From Gammaproteobacteria bacterium (lineage in GTDB: Bacteria > Pseudomonadota > Gammaproteobacteria > UBA4575): 64,000 bases of DNA. Positions within the stretch are counted from its first letter, which is position 1, and each line of letters starts with the position of its first letter. Under the pieces are notes generated by a model. That model saw only the letters and a program-made list of their open reading frames with translations, ran no database searches and was not told where the DNA came from. The position numbers and the translations under genes are program-made. Below are positions 20,015-28,501 of this stretch, piece by piece. The stretch spans positions 20-64,019 of the forward strand of contig JBGCFN010000019.1 of NCBI GenBank assembly GCA_045106935.1, in the 5' to 3' direction.

Positions 20015-20278
20015 ATGAGAGCCTATAAAGAAGACCATCAAAATGCTAGACGTATTCGATATGGGTGGAGGATTGCAGCATCTGGTTATCAAATGGTTGA
20101 TAAAGATCAGCAATTAGTTATTTCAAAAATTATATCGCTTCGAGAAAAAGGGTTTATTCTTCAAAAAATTTGTGATTATCTTAACGATAATAAATATACA
20201 ACTCCTAGAAACGGTAAGTGGCACTGCTCGACAGTTAAAAAAATATTAGATCAAAATTCTCGACCTAATATTAAATAA
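20015..20278 (+). CDS. orphan 'Recombinase'-domain fragment of a large serine recombinase (likely remnant)
   Basis: 87 aa matching the serine-recombinase Recombinase domain (RYGWRI...LVISKIISLREKGFILQKICDYLNDNKYTTPRNGKWHCSTVKKILDQ). No catalytic resolvase domain nearby. Confidence 0.5.
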   Translation: MRAYKEDHQNARRIRYGWRIAASGYQMVDKDQQLVISKIISLREKGFILQKICDYLNDNKYTTPRNGKWHCSTVKKILDQNSRPNIK

Positions 20279-20540
20279 TTTAGTATTACACGCCTTTACC
20301 TTTATACCTGTTTAATTCCGCACTAATTAATAATTTATTGCATTAGAAAGATGCATGCGATGTGCGTTTCTAATAGTCATTCTTAAAATATAGTCATCAT
20401 AATAATAAAAATTTTATAAATAATATTTACGCACTAATTACTAATCAACTGTAACAAATTAATTAAGTATTTGGTGCGTAAATTATAAAGTTTCATATAA
20501 ATGTCAACATGAATGTGTTTATGTCCTATCAAAACGTTGT

Positions 20541-20556
20541 TGGCATTGTAGTTGCT
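20541..20556 (+). promoter_or_regulatory. candidate sigma-54 (-24/-12) promoter for urtA
   Basis: TGGCAT-TGTAG-TTGCT is a near-consensus TGGCAC-N5-TTGCW with correct GG-N10-GC spacing, ~50 bp upstream of urtA. Confidence 0.55.
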
Positions 20557-20603
20557 ATATCAATCACTGAATACGATTTAAATTAACTATCGGAGATTGA
20601 GAG

Positions 20604-21830
20604 ATGAACAAGTTTAAGTTTCAAATTTTGAGTTCATTGCTAATAGTATTGCTATTGGCAAATCAAAATATTTTTGCAACGGATTATCCAACTGCAGAAG
20701 TGAATACAACTGGATTGGCTGTAACAGATGATACTGTCACAGTGGGCATATTGCATTCGGTCACAGGGACAATGGCTATCAGTGAATCTGGTTCAGTAGA
20801 AGCAGAAAAGCTAGCTATTAAGCAGATCAATGAAATGGGTGGAGTACTAGGACGTAAAATTGAAGTAATTCAAGAAGACGGCGCAAGTGATTGGCCAACT
20901 TTCGCAGAAAAGTCTAGGAAGTTATTGGTTAATGATAAAGTTGCTTCAGTATTTGGATGCTGGACATCTGCTTCTCGAAAAGCTGTATTACCAGTATTTG
21001 AAAAAGAAAATGGAATGCTTTACTACCCAACATTTTACGAAGGACTTGAACAGTCTAAAAATGTAATTTACACCGGACAAGAAGCGACTCAGCAAATTAT
21101 TGCTGGTTTGGATTGGATTAAAGAGAAAAAAGATGCAAAAACTTTCTATTTAATCGGTTCAGATTATATTTGGCCACGTACTTCCAACAAAATAGCACGT
21201 AAGCATATTGAGAATGTATTGGGTGGAAAAGTTGTTGGTGAAGAATATTATCCTCTCGGCCATACAAACTTTGGCTCACTTATTAATAAAATTAAGTTAA
21301 AGAAGCCTGATGTTATCTACAGTATTGTAGTGGGTGGAAGTAATGTGTCTTGGTATAAGCAATTAAAAGCGGCTGGTATCACATCAGACAAATGGACTTT
21401 ATTAACTATCTCAGTGACTGAAGATGAAATGCTAGGCATAGGTGGTGAGAATGTTGAAGGGTTCTACTCTGCGATGAAATATTTCCAAAGTCTTGATAAT
21501 GAAAATAACATGGCTTTTGTGAAAGCATTTAAAGAGATGTGGGGTGAAGATAGTGTAATAGGTGACGTAACTCAAGCTGCATATCTTGGTCCATGGCTAT
21601 GGAAGGCTGCAGTAGAAAAAGCCGGGAGTTTCGATATTGACAAGATTGCAGAAGCATCTGGTGGAATCGAGTTGACGACAGCACCTGAGGGATATGTCCG
21701 TATTCATGATACTAATCATCATCTATGGAGTAAAACACGAATTGGTTTAGCAAAAGCTGATGGGCAGTTTGAAGTAATTTACGAATCAGATTTGATTGAG
21801 CCAAATCCTTTCCCTGAAGGTTATCAATAA
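20604..21830 (+). CDS. urtA: urea/short-chain amide ABC transporter substrate-binding protein
   Basis: 408 aa with signal peptide. Type I periplasmic binding fold of the Leu/Ile/Val/urea-binding family. Followed by urtBCDE. Confidence 0.85.
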   Translation: MNKFKFQILSSLLIVLLLANQNIFATDYPTAEVNTTGLAVTDDTVTVGILHSVTGTMAISESGSVEAEKLAIKQINEMGGVLGRKIEVIQEDGASDWPTFAEKSRKLLVNDKVASVFGCWTSASRKAVLPVFEKENGMLYYPTFYEGLEQSKNVIYTGQEATQQIIAGLDWIKEKKDAKTFYLIGSDYIWPRTSNKIARKHIENVLGGKVVGEEYYPLGHTNFGSLINKIKLKKPDVIYSIVVGGSNVSWYKQLKAAGITSDKWTLLTISVTEDEMLGIGGENVEGFYSAMKYFQSLDNENNMAFVKAFKEMWGEDSVIGDVTQAAYLGPWLWKAAVEKAGSFDIDKIAEASGGIELTTAPEGYVRIHDTNHHLWSKTRIGLAKADGQFEVIYESDLIEPNPFPEGYQ

Positions 21831-21943
21831 AATCATTAGGTATTTAACGTAATCATGCAGTCGAGTAACAGTACAGTGTAATTTTAAACGAAATACTGTT
21901 ACTCGATACTTAGCATAAATATCAATTTACAAGGAGTTACCTA

Positions 21944-22870
21944 ATGTTTTCTGATTATTCTGCATCTGAGCTTGGATCAATTTTCGCAATGCAAGGATTT
22001 TCCGGATTAAGCTTATTCTGTGTTTTCTTATTAATGGCTTTAGGATTAGCTATTATTTTTGGACAAATGCAAGTAATTAATATGGCCCATGGTGAATTTT
22101 TAACGATTGGCGCCTATACGACATACTTGCTTTCTGTATTAACTGAGAAATATGTACCTGGCTTTATGGATTATTATTTCTTCCTGGCCATTATTCTTGC
22201 TTTCTTTATTGCTTTTATTGTTGGTTATCTTGTTGAGCTAGGAATGGTGAGACACTTATATAAAAGACCTCTAGATACTTTATTAGCCACATGGGGGTTG
22301 AGCTTAATTATGCAACAAATATTTAGATCCACCTTTGGCGCACGTGAAGTTAGCCCTACATTACCTGATTGGTTGTTAGGTTCTTATCAATTAACAGACA
22401 TTATTGAGATACCTATTAATGGCATGCTAGTTGTTTCTGTTACTTTTGTATTAACACTGGCTGTATTTTATATGCTGAACAAATCCCGTGCAGGATTACG
22501 CATTCGAGCAACAACGCAGAATCGTGTTATGAGTGGAGCTGCTGGTATTAATACAAAAAAAGTTGATCGCTATACATTTGCATTTGGATGTGGAATAGCA
22601 GGAATAGCAGGTGCGGTGTTTACAACTATTGCGTCTACAGGACCCACAAGTGGTTCACTTTATATCGTTGATACATTTTTAGTGGTTGTGTTTGGCGGAG
22701 CCGCAAGTTTATTGGGAACAATTGCTTCTGCATTTTCAATAGCACAAGCTCAATCAATTATGGAATTTTTCCTTTCAGGTTCAATGGCTAAGGTACTTAC
22801 GCTATTAACTGTGATCATAATATTGATGATCAAACCAGAAGGTTTGTTCTCTATTAAAGTTAGAAAATAA
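21944..22870 (+). CDS. urtB: urea ABC transporter permease
   Basis: 308 aa polytopic branched-chain-type permease in second position of the urt operon. Confidence 0.85.
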   Translation: MFSDYSASELGSIFAMQGFSGLSLFCVFLLMALGLAIIFGQMQVINMAHGEFLTIGAYTTYLLSVLTEKYVPGFMDYYFFLAIILAFFIAFIVGYLVELGMVRHLYKRPLDTLLATWGLSLIMQQIFRSTFGAREVSPTLPDWLLGSYQLTDIIEIPINGMLVVSVTFVLTLAVFYMLNKSRAGLRIRATTQNRVMSGAAGINTKKVDRYTFAFGCGIAGIAGAVFTTIASTGPTSGSLYIVDTFLVVVFGGAASLLGTIASAFSIAQAQSIMEFFLSGSMAKVLTLLTVIIILMIKPEGLFSIKVRK

Positions 22871-22881
22871 GGAGAGTTTCT

Positions 22882-24039
22882 ATGAGTATTGCATTAAATA
22901 GAATGCTAGGTGACAAGACAGATATTATTGGTTTAGTTGTAGTATTGGTCTTCCTTGGAATAGTGCTTCCATTAGTATTAGATATATTTCGTCTTAACCT
23001 GGTAGGGAAATATCTCACATACGCTTTTGTCGCGATGAGTTTAGTATTGTGTTGGGGTTATGGAGGTATTTTGAGTTTAGGCCAAGGTATATTTTTTGGC
23101 CTGGGTGGTTATTGCATGGCGATGTTCCTTAAATTAGAAGCATCGGACCCCGTAACAACGGCAATTCAATCGACACCTGGAATCCCAGACTTTATGGATT
23201 GGAATCAGTTAACAGAACTTCCATGGTTTTGGGTGCCTTTTGATAGCTTCGCATTTGCTTTAGTTGCAGTGTTAGTTGTTCCAACAGTCTTCGCTTATAT
23301 TATTGGTGCAGCAATGTTTAAGCGGCGTGTGAGTGGCGTATATTTTGCAATCATTACGCAAGCTGTCGCTGCAATTTTGACTATATTAATCATTGGTCAA
23401 CAAGGATTAATTGGCGGTGTAAACGGTATTACAGATCTGCGTACTTTGCATGGCTGGGATATTAGAGACGATTCTGCAAAATATATACTCTACTATATCA
23501 ATCTGTTTTTATTGGCGGTATGCATATTAATAGGACGTTATATTCTTAATGGAAAAGTTGGTAAATTATTACTCGCACTTAAAGATAAAGAAGACAGAGT
23601 AAGATTTTCGGGTTACGACGTTGCTAATTTTAAAATATTTATATTTTGTGTAGCTGCTGCCTTTTCTGCAATTGGTGGCGCTATGTTCACCTTGCAAGTT
23701 GGATTTATGTCTCCTTCATTTGTAGGCATTGTCCCATCAATTGAAATGGTAATTTTTGCTGCTGTGGGTGGTCGCATGAGTTTGATTGGCGCTATCTATG
23801 GAACCTTGTTGGTAAATTATGGCAAAACATTATTTTCTGAAAGTTTTCCAGAACTATGGTTATTCTTAATGGGGGCATTATTCATTGGTGTCGTCATGGC
23901 ATTTCCTAATGGACTTGCAGGTATATATAACTCGTTAATGGAGAAATATAAACTGAAAAAGAATAAGTCACAGCCTGATATACCCATAGATTTAGATGGA
24001 AAATCAGCTTCTTCTAGAACATCAACGGTCGCTGAATAG
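22882..24039 (+). CDS. urtC: urea ABC transporter permease
   Basis: 385 aa polytopic permease in third position. Confidence 0.85.
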   Translation: MSIALNRMLGDKTDIIGLVVVLVFLGIVLPLVLDIFRLNLVGKYLTYAFVAMSLVLCWGYGGILSLGQGIFFGLGGYCMAMFLKLEASDPVTTAIQSTPGIPDFMDWNQLTELPWFWVPFDSFAFALVAVLVVPTVFAYIIGAAMFKRRVSGVYFAIITQAVAAILTILIIGQQGLIGGVNGITDLRTLHGWDIRDDSAKYILYYINLFLLAVCILIGRYILNGKVGKLLLALKDKEDRVRFSGYDVANFKIFIFCVAAAFSAIGGAMFTLQVGFMSPSFVGIVPSIEMVIFAAVGGRMSLIGAIYGTLLVNYGKTLFSESFPELWLFLMGALFIGVVMAFPNGLAGIYNSLMEKYKLKKNKSQPDIPIDLDGKSASSRTSTVAE

Positions 24040-24061
24040 CGCTTACTAAAAGGAAAGTACG

Positions 24062-24814
24062 ATGGCTGAAGGTAATAATACCGACTACGTGTTAAGCATT
24101 GAGGACTTGACTGTATCATTTGATGGATTTAAAGCAGTTGATGATGTCACGATGTATATCGATCAAAATGAATTAAGAGTCATTATTGGTCCAAATGGTG
24201 CAGGTAAAACAACACTATTAGATTTAATTTGTGGGAAAACATCTGCAAGCAGCGGTTATATAAAATTTAAAAATCATGAGCTGACAAAAATGTCTGAACA
24301 CGAAATAGTTCATTCTGGTGTAGGTCGAAAATTCCAAACTCCATCGATCTATGAAAATTTAACAGTTTATGAAAATTTAGAAGTATCCTATCCGCAAGCG
24401 AGGAACGTATTTGGTGCATTATTCTTTAAAACAACTAATCATGTTGATAAAGAAATTCACCGTGTAGCCAAAGAGATATTTTTAGAAGATTCATTGAGTA
24501 TGGAAGCTTCATTGTTAAGTCATGGTCAAAAGCAATGGCTAGAGATAGGCATGCTTTTAATTCAAGACCCTGAATTACTAATGCTTGATGAACCTGTTGC
24601 CGGAATGAGTGTAAGAGAGCGTGATCAAACCGCAGAACTACTTAAAAGAATTTGTAAGGGTCGAAGTGTAATCGTGATTGAGCATGATATGGACTTTGTA
24701 GAAAAAATCGCAAGTAAAGTCACTGTTTTACATCAAGGCAGATTATTAGCAGAAGGACCAATGAATCAAGTTAAGGAAAATGAAGAAGTCATTGAAGTGT
24801 ATTTGGGACATTAA
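24062..24814 (+). CDS. urtD: urea ABC transporter ATP-binding protein
   Basis: Walker A (GPNGAGKTT) and ABC signature (LSHGQKQWLEIG). Confidence 0.88.
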   Translation: MAEGNNTDYVLSIEDLTVSFDGFKAVDDVTMYIDQNELRVIIGPNGAGKTTLLDLICGKTSASSGYIKFKNHELTKMSEHEIVHSGVGRKFQTPSIYENLTVYENLEVSYPQARNVFGALFFKTTNHVDKEIHRVAKEIFLEDSLSMEASLLSHGQKQWLEIGMLLIQDPELLMLDEPVAGMSVRERDQTAELLKRICKGRSVIVIEHDMDFVEKIASKVTVLHQGRLLAEGPMNQVKENEEVIEVYLGH

Positions 24815-24845
24815 TTCGTAGCTATAAGTTTTAGAAGGGATCAAT

Positions 24846-25535
24846 ATGTTAAATGTGGAAAATATCCAAGTGTCATACGGTCAAAGTAAAGTTATAAATG
24901 ACTTATCTTTTACTGCAGAAAAAAATCAAACAATTGCTATTATGGGTAGGAATGGAATGGGTAAAACCACTTTGTTTAAATCATTAATTGGTGTCCTTCC
25001 TGTTAATCAAGGGAATATATCCGTGGGTGATAAAAATGTATCAGATATGGAAAGCTATGAAAGAGTGTCTAATGGTATTGCTTATGTTCCGCAAGGAAGA
25101 ATGATATTTCCAACCTTATCAGTGCAAGAGAATATAGAAACAGGTTTAGAGAACTCTAGATCTAAAAAAATACCTGATGAAATTTATTCATTATTTCCTG
25201 TTTTACATGATATGAGGCATAGAAAAGGAGGTAATTTATCTGGAGGACAGCAACAACAGCTTGCGATAGCACGTGCATTAGTGACTGATCCGAAAGTATT
25301 ATTATTAGATGAACCCACTGAAGGTATTCAACCGTCAATTATTAAAGATATTGCTAATATTCTTAACGAAATTAGACAGATGAGAGAGATAACCATAATC
25401 GTATCTGAGCAAGTATTGCATTTTGCTTTAGCGGTAGCTGATCGAATTTTAGTTATAGAAAGCGGTGAGATTATATTTGAAAATCAAAGAGATGAAGTTG
25501 ATGCTGAAAAGATCAGCAGTTATTTATCTGTTTAG
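24846..25535 (+). CDS. urtE: urea ABC transporter ATP-binding protein
   Basis: Walker A (GRNGMGKTT) and signature (LSGGQQQQLAIARAL). Confidence 0.88.
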   Translation: MLNVENIQVSYGQSKVINDLSFTAEKNQTIAIMGRNGMGKTTLFKSLIGVLPVNQGNISVGDKNVSDMESYERVSNGIAYVPQGRMIFPTLSVQENIETGLENSRSKKIPDEIYSLFPVLHDMRHRKGGNLSGGQQQQLAIARALVTDPKVLLLDEPTEGIQPSIIKDIANILNEIRQMREITIIVSEQVLHFALAVADRILVIESGEIIFENQRDEVDAEKISSYLSV

Positions 25536-25550
25536 AATAAGTTATACAAA

Positions 25551-25589
25551 AAAAAGCCCTAACGATTAGATTAGGGCTTTTAGTTTTTG
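25551..25589. terminator. bidirectional rho-independent terminator between convergent urtE and the Met-rich gene
   Basis: A-run, then AAGCCCTAA-cgattaga-TTAGGGCTT perfect 9-bp stem, then a T-run. Confidence 0.7.
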
Positions 25590-25663
25590 TAATGTATATA
25601 CTACTCTAGATCCAGGGAGTCAGATACATTACTTTTGCTTCCTGCAAATAGTGTTGGAAATGT

Positions 25664-26275
25664 TTATTTTACGCTTGTCTCAGCAACTACTGGACCAGGC
25701 ATAAAAGAGTTGAACATTTGCTGGTAACTAGCAGGGTTCATCATCCATGCAGTACTTTCTTGTTGCCAAGCAGGATCCATCATTTTATTCATAGGCTGAT
25801 AGTAGGCAGGATTAGACATTGCTGTCATCCACTGCATATATAGTGCTGGATTCATGAAAGTATTCATTGTTGTCATGAAAGTTTGTGGATTCATCATTGC
25901 TGTCATCCAATTCATATACACTTGTGGATTCATAAATACTGCTGCAGCATTCATTTTAAATGTTGGGTCGCCTAGGTTTTTTGTCCAAATTGCCCACTGT
26001 TCAGTATCTGTTGAACAGTTCATCATTTGTTGTGCTGTTTGTGGGTTACTCATCATAGTAACTAACTGCATAAATTTTGCTGGATCAGCAACTGCATTAG
26101 CCATATTTTCTGCGTTCATAAAGGCTTCTGGAAGCTCGCAGTCTGTTGATGTATAAGAAGTAGTTGTTTCTGTTTCTTTGTTTTCTTCTTCAGCAGAAGC
26201 ATTGCTAAATATTGGCGTTGTGCAGATTGTTAGTATACCAATTAAGCTAAATAGTGATAATTTTTCAAATTTCAT
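25664..26275 (-). CDS. secreted methionine-rich tandem-repeat protein (MNPxxYMxWMTAM units)
   Basis: Sec signal (MKFEKLSLFSLIGILTICTTPIFSNASA). About seven ~13-aa repeats (FMNPQVYMNWMTAM, MNPQTFMTTMNTF, MNPALYMQWMTAM...). ~39-42 bp tandem DNA repeats are visible at 25.80-25.96 kb. Confidence 0.6.
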   Translation of the reverse strand: MKFEKLSLFSLIGILTICTTPIFSNASAEEENKETETTTSYTSTDCELPEAFMNAENMANAVADPAKFMQLVTMMSNPQTAQQMMNCSTDTEQWAIWTKNLGDPTFKMNAAAVFMNPQVYMNWMTAMMNPQTFMTTMNTFMNPALYMQWMTAMSNPAYYQPMNKMMDPAWQQESTAWMMNPASYQQMFNSFMPGPVVAETSVK

Positions 26276-26464
26276 TATATTTTCCCTGGATTGTTAATAA
26301 AAGTATTAGCATATACTAATGTAATAACATGCTAAATCAAATAAAAACAATTTATATAAAGAAAATTTGACTTATTATATATAATAAACAGAAGGTTATT
26401 GAAATTATATAAAGTAATTTAGAGGAAATTACTTGCGTTTATAAGAGGGAAGTCTGACTATAAA

Positions 26465-26911
26465 TTAACCATGATTGGGTAAAGCAGCTAAACCAAACCA
26501 AAAACTTTCTATTGTCTCAACAATTTTAACAAATTTTTCCAATTCAATAGGCTTAACAATATAGCAATTTGCACTATTATCATAAGACTCTAGAATATCT
26601 TTTTCTACCTTAGAGCTAGATAAGACAATCACCGGTATTCTACGCAGCTGTGGGTCTTTGTTAAGCTCGATCAGGACTTCACGACCGTCAATCTTAGGAA
26701 GATTAAGATCTAACAATATTAAATCTGGTCTGACAACATCCTCATATTGATTTTCCTTTCTTAGGAAATCCAATGCTTCTTCCCCATCAACTACAACATG
26801 TATTTGATCAACAATTGTGGAATCTTTGAAAGATTCCTGCATGAGTAAAACATCAGCAGGGTTGTCTTCAACTAACAAAATTTGTGCTGTGTCTTGTGAT
26901 GATGCGTCCAA
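26465..26911 (-). CDS. single-domain response regulator (CheY-like receiver, Rcp1-type C-terminal FW)
   Basis: LLVEDNPADVLLMQESF...PDLILLDLNLPKIDG...YIVKP...ESFWFG with phospho-acceptor Asp. 148 aa with no output domain. Confidence 0.85.
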   Translation of the reverse strand: MDASSQDTAQILLVEDNPADVLLMQESFKDSTIVDQIHVVVDGEEALDFLRKENQYEDVVRPDLILLDLNLPKIDGREVLIELNKDPQLRRIPVIVLSSSKVEKDILESYDNSANCYIVKPIELEKFVKIVETIESFWFGLAALPNHG

Positions 26912-26942
26912 AATTTATTATTCCTGAAAAGTATAATGTGGT

Positions 26943-28424
26943 TTAGATGAGTTCGTTGCGAATATTTTTGGGATAGAAATCCTTTAAATATTTCCATTGT
27001 TCAAGCTGATTCTTAACCCCATGTCGAGCACTTATTTGATTCCAAATCTTTGCTGTCGTATTTAATGCTAATTCAGCGTCCATTTTACCTCTATTCGCTA
27101 AATCTAAATGTTCTTTAAGCGCATCCCAATAATCGCCTTGGCCAGTTAAATATAAATCTGGAATACTATTTTTCATGCTGGATTCATGAGCCTCGAGAAA
27201 AGGCTTGCTGTAAGTTTCAATAATTTTTTTGTCCTGATAGTGTTCTTTTCTAAATGGGTCAAAATATCCGTCTGGAAATTGTACGGCTAGAGTAGACATA
27301 GAAGGACTGCATGCAAATAATGTATATAAAAATGCAAGTTCAGCTTCCTTAGAGTAACTTGACACAGTGTAATTCCAACCCCAATTAAAATATGGCATGT
27401 GCAATAAATTATTTTTAACAATGCCACCTGGTGTTGGGCCAAATGCTAAATTATCGCGTATTTTGGAGTTTGGTTTATTCAGATACTTTTGGGTGCCTCC
27501 CCAGCCAATATTACAAAACATATTCCCTTGTGAAAAAGCTTCCCAATTATCAAATAAACCATTAGTTGTAGATTCTGGATATAAATATTTTGTTGTATTG
27601 ATTAATTCTTCTAATGCCTTAACTCCCGCTTGCGAATTAATTTGGGGTTTCAAGTGGTTATCAAAAGGAAAATAACCTTTGGCATGGAATCTTGTCCACC
27701 ACTCCCAAGCTAGATAATCTTTGTTACGAAATAATGCGCCACCAAACTTGCCATCTTTAGGTCGATGGAAGAATTTTATCATCTGGTCTAACTGTTCCCA
27801 GGTATCGGGTACTGTTAATGGATAACCATGTAGAGCTTTAAATTTTTCTTGCTCTGATTCATTCTCTAACCATGCTTTGTTGTAAAACATTAAATAAGCA
27901 TCACCATCAGTTTGATAGCCATAAAATCTACCTTTATAGAAATCACCTATTGGATAGAGCATGCTTGTTTCGTATTCTTTAGGTTGATATTTTTCAGCGT
28001 ATTCAGTTAAGTCTTGAATTACTTCTGCTTCAACTAAATCAGGTAAACCAAACGTGGCAGGCAAAGCGATATCAAAATATGTGTTATCAGATAACGACTG
28101 AGCCATGATTTTAGAATTTATTTCATCTAGTGATGCTTCTATATATTTGATTGCTACACCAGTGTGCTTATAGAATAAATCACCAGTTGGTTTTACATTT
28201 CCTAATGACCCTTCAGGCTGAAGAATTGATAATGTCACATCTTTTCCGCTAGATAACTTTTTGACCTGGTCAATTATTCTTTGATTTAACTCATCTGGAG
28301 ATTGCATTTCTCCCTTATGATTTCCACACAGACCAATGGTAGGGAATAACGAAGCAACGGTTAACAAGCCTGCATTTTTCAATGCTTGTCTACGATATTT
28401 TGAATGAGAGTCTTTCGTTGCCAT
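26943..28424 (-). CDS. orphan family-1 extracellular solute-binding protein with Tat signal
   Basis: RRQALKNAGLLTVASL twin-arginine motif. 493 aa SBP_bac_1-like. No permease or ATPase genes adjacent. Confidence 0.7.
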   Translation of the reverse strand: MATKDSHSKYRRQALKNAGLLTVASLFPTIGLCGNHKGEMQSPDELNQRIIDQVKKLSSGKDVTLSILQPEGSLGNVKPTGDLFYKHTGVAIKYIEASLDEINSKIMAQSLSDNTYFDIALPATFGLPDLVEAEVIQDLTEYAEKYQPKEYETSMLYPIGDFYKGRFYGYQTDGDAYLMFYNKAWLENESEQEKFKALHGYPLTVPDTWEQLDQMIKFFHRPKDGKFGGALFRNKDYLAWEWWTRFHAKGYFPFDNHLKPQINSQAGVKALEELINTTKYLYPESTTNGLFDNWEAFSQGNMFCNIGWGGTQKYLNKPNSKIRDNLAFGPTPGGIVKNNLLHMPYFNWGWNYTVSSYSKEAELAFLYTLFACSPSMSTLAVQFPDGYFDPFRKEHYQDKKIIETYSKPFLEAHESSMKNSIPDLYLTGQGDYWDALKEHLDLANRGKMDAELALNTTAKIWNQISARHGVKNQLEQWKYLKDFYPKNIRNELI

Positions 28425-28501
28425 TATTTAAACAATCCGTGTTTATGTCGATAGTATTAATATCCATTAATATTAGCGGCGCATAGGAATGATTCTTTAG
28501 T

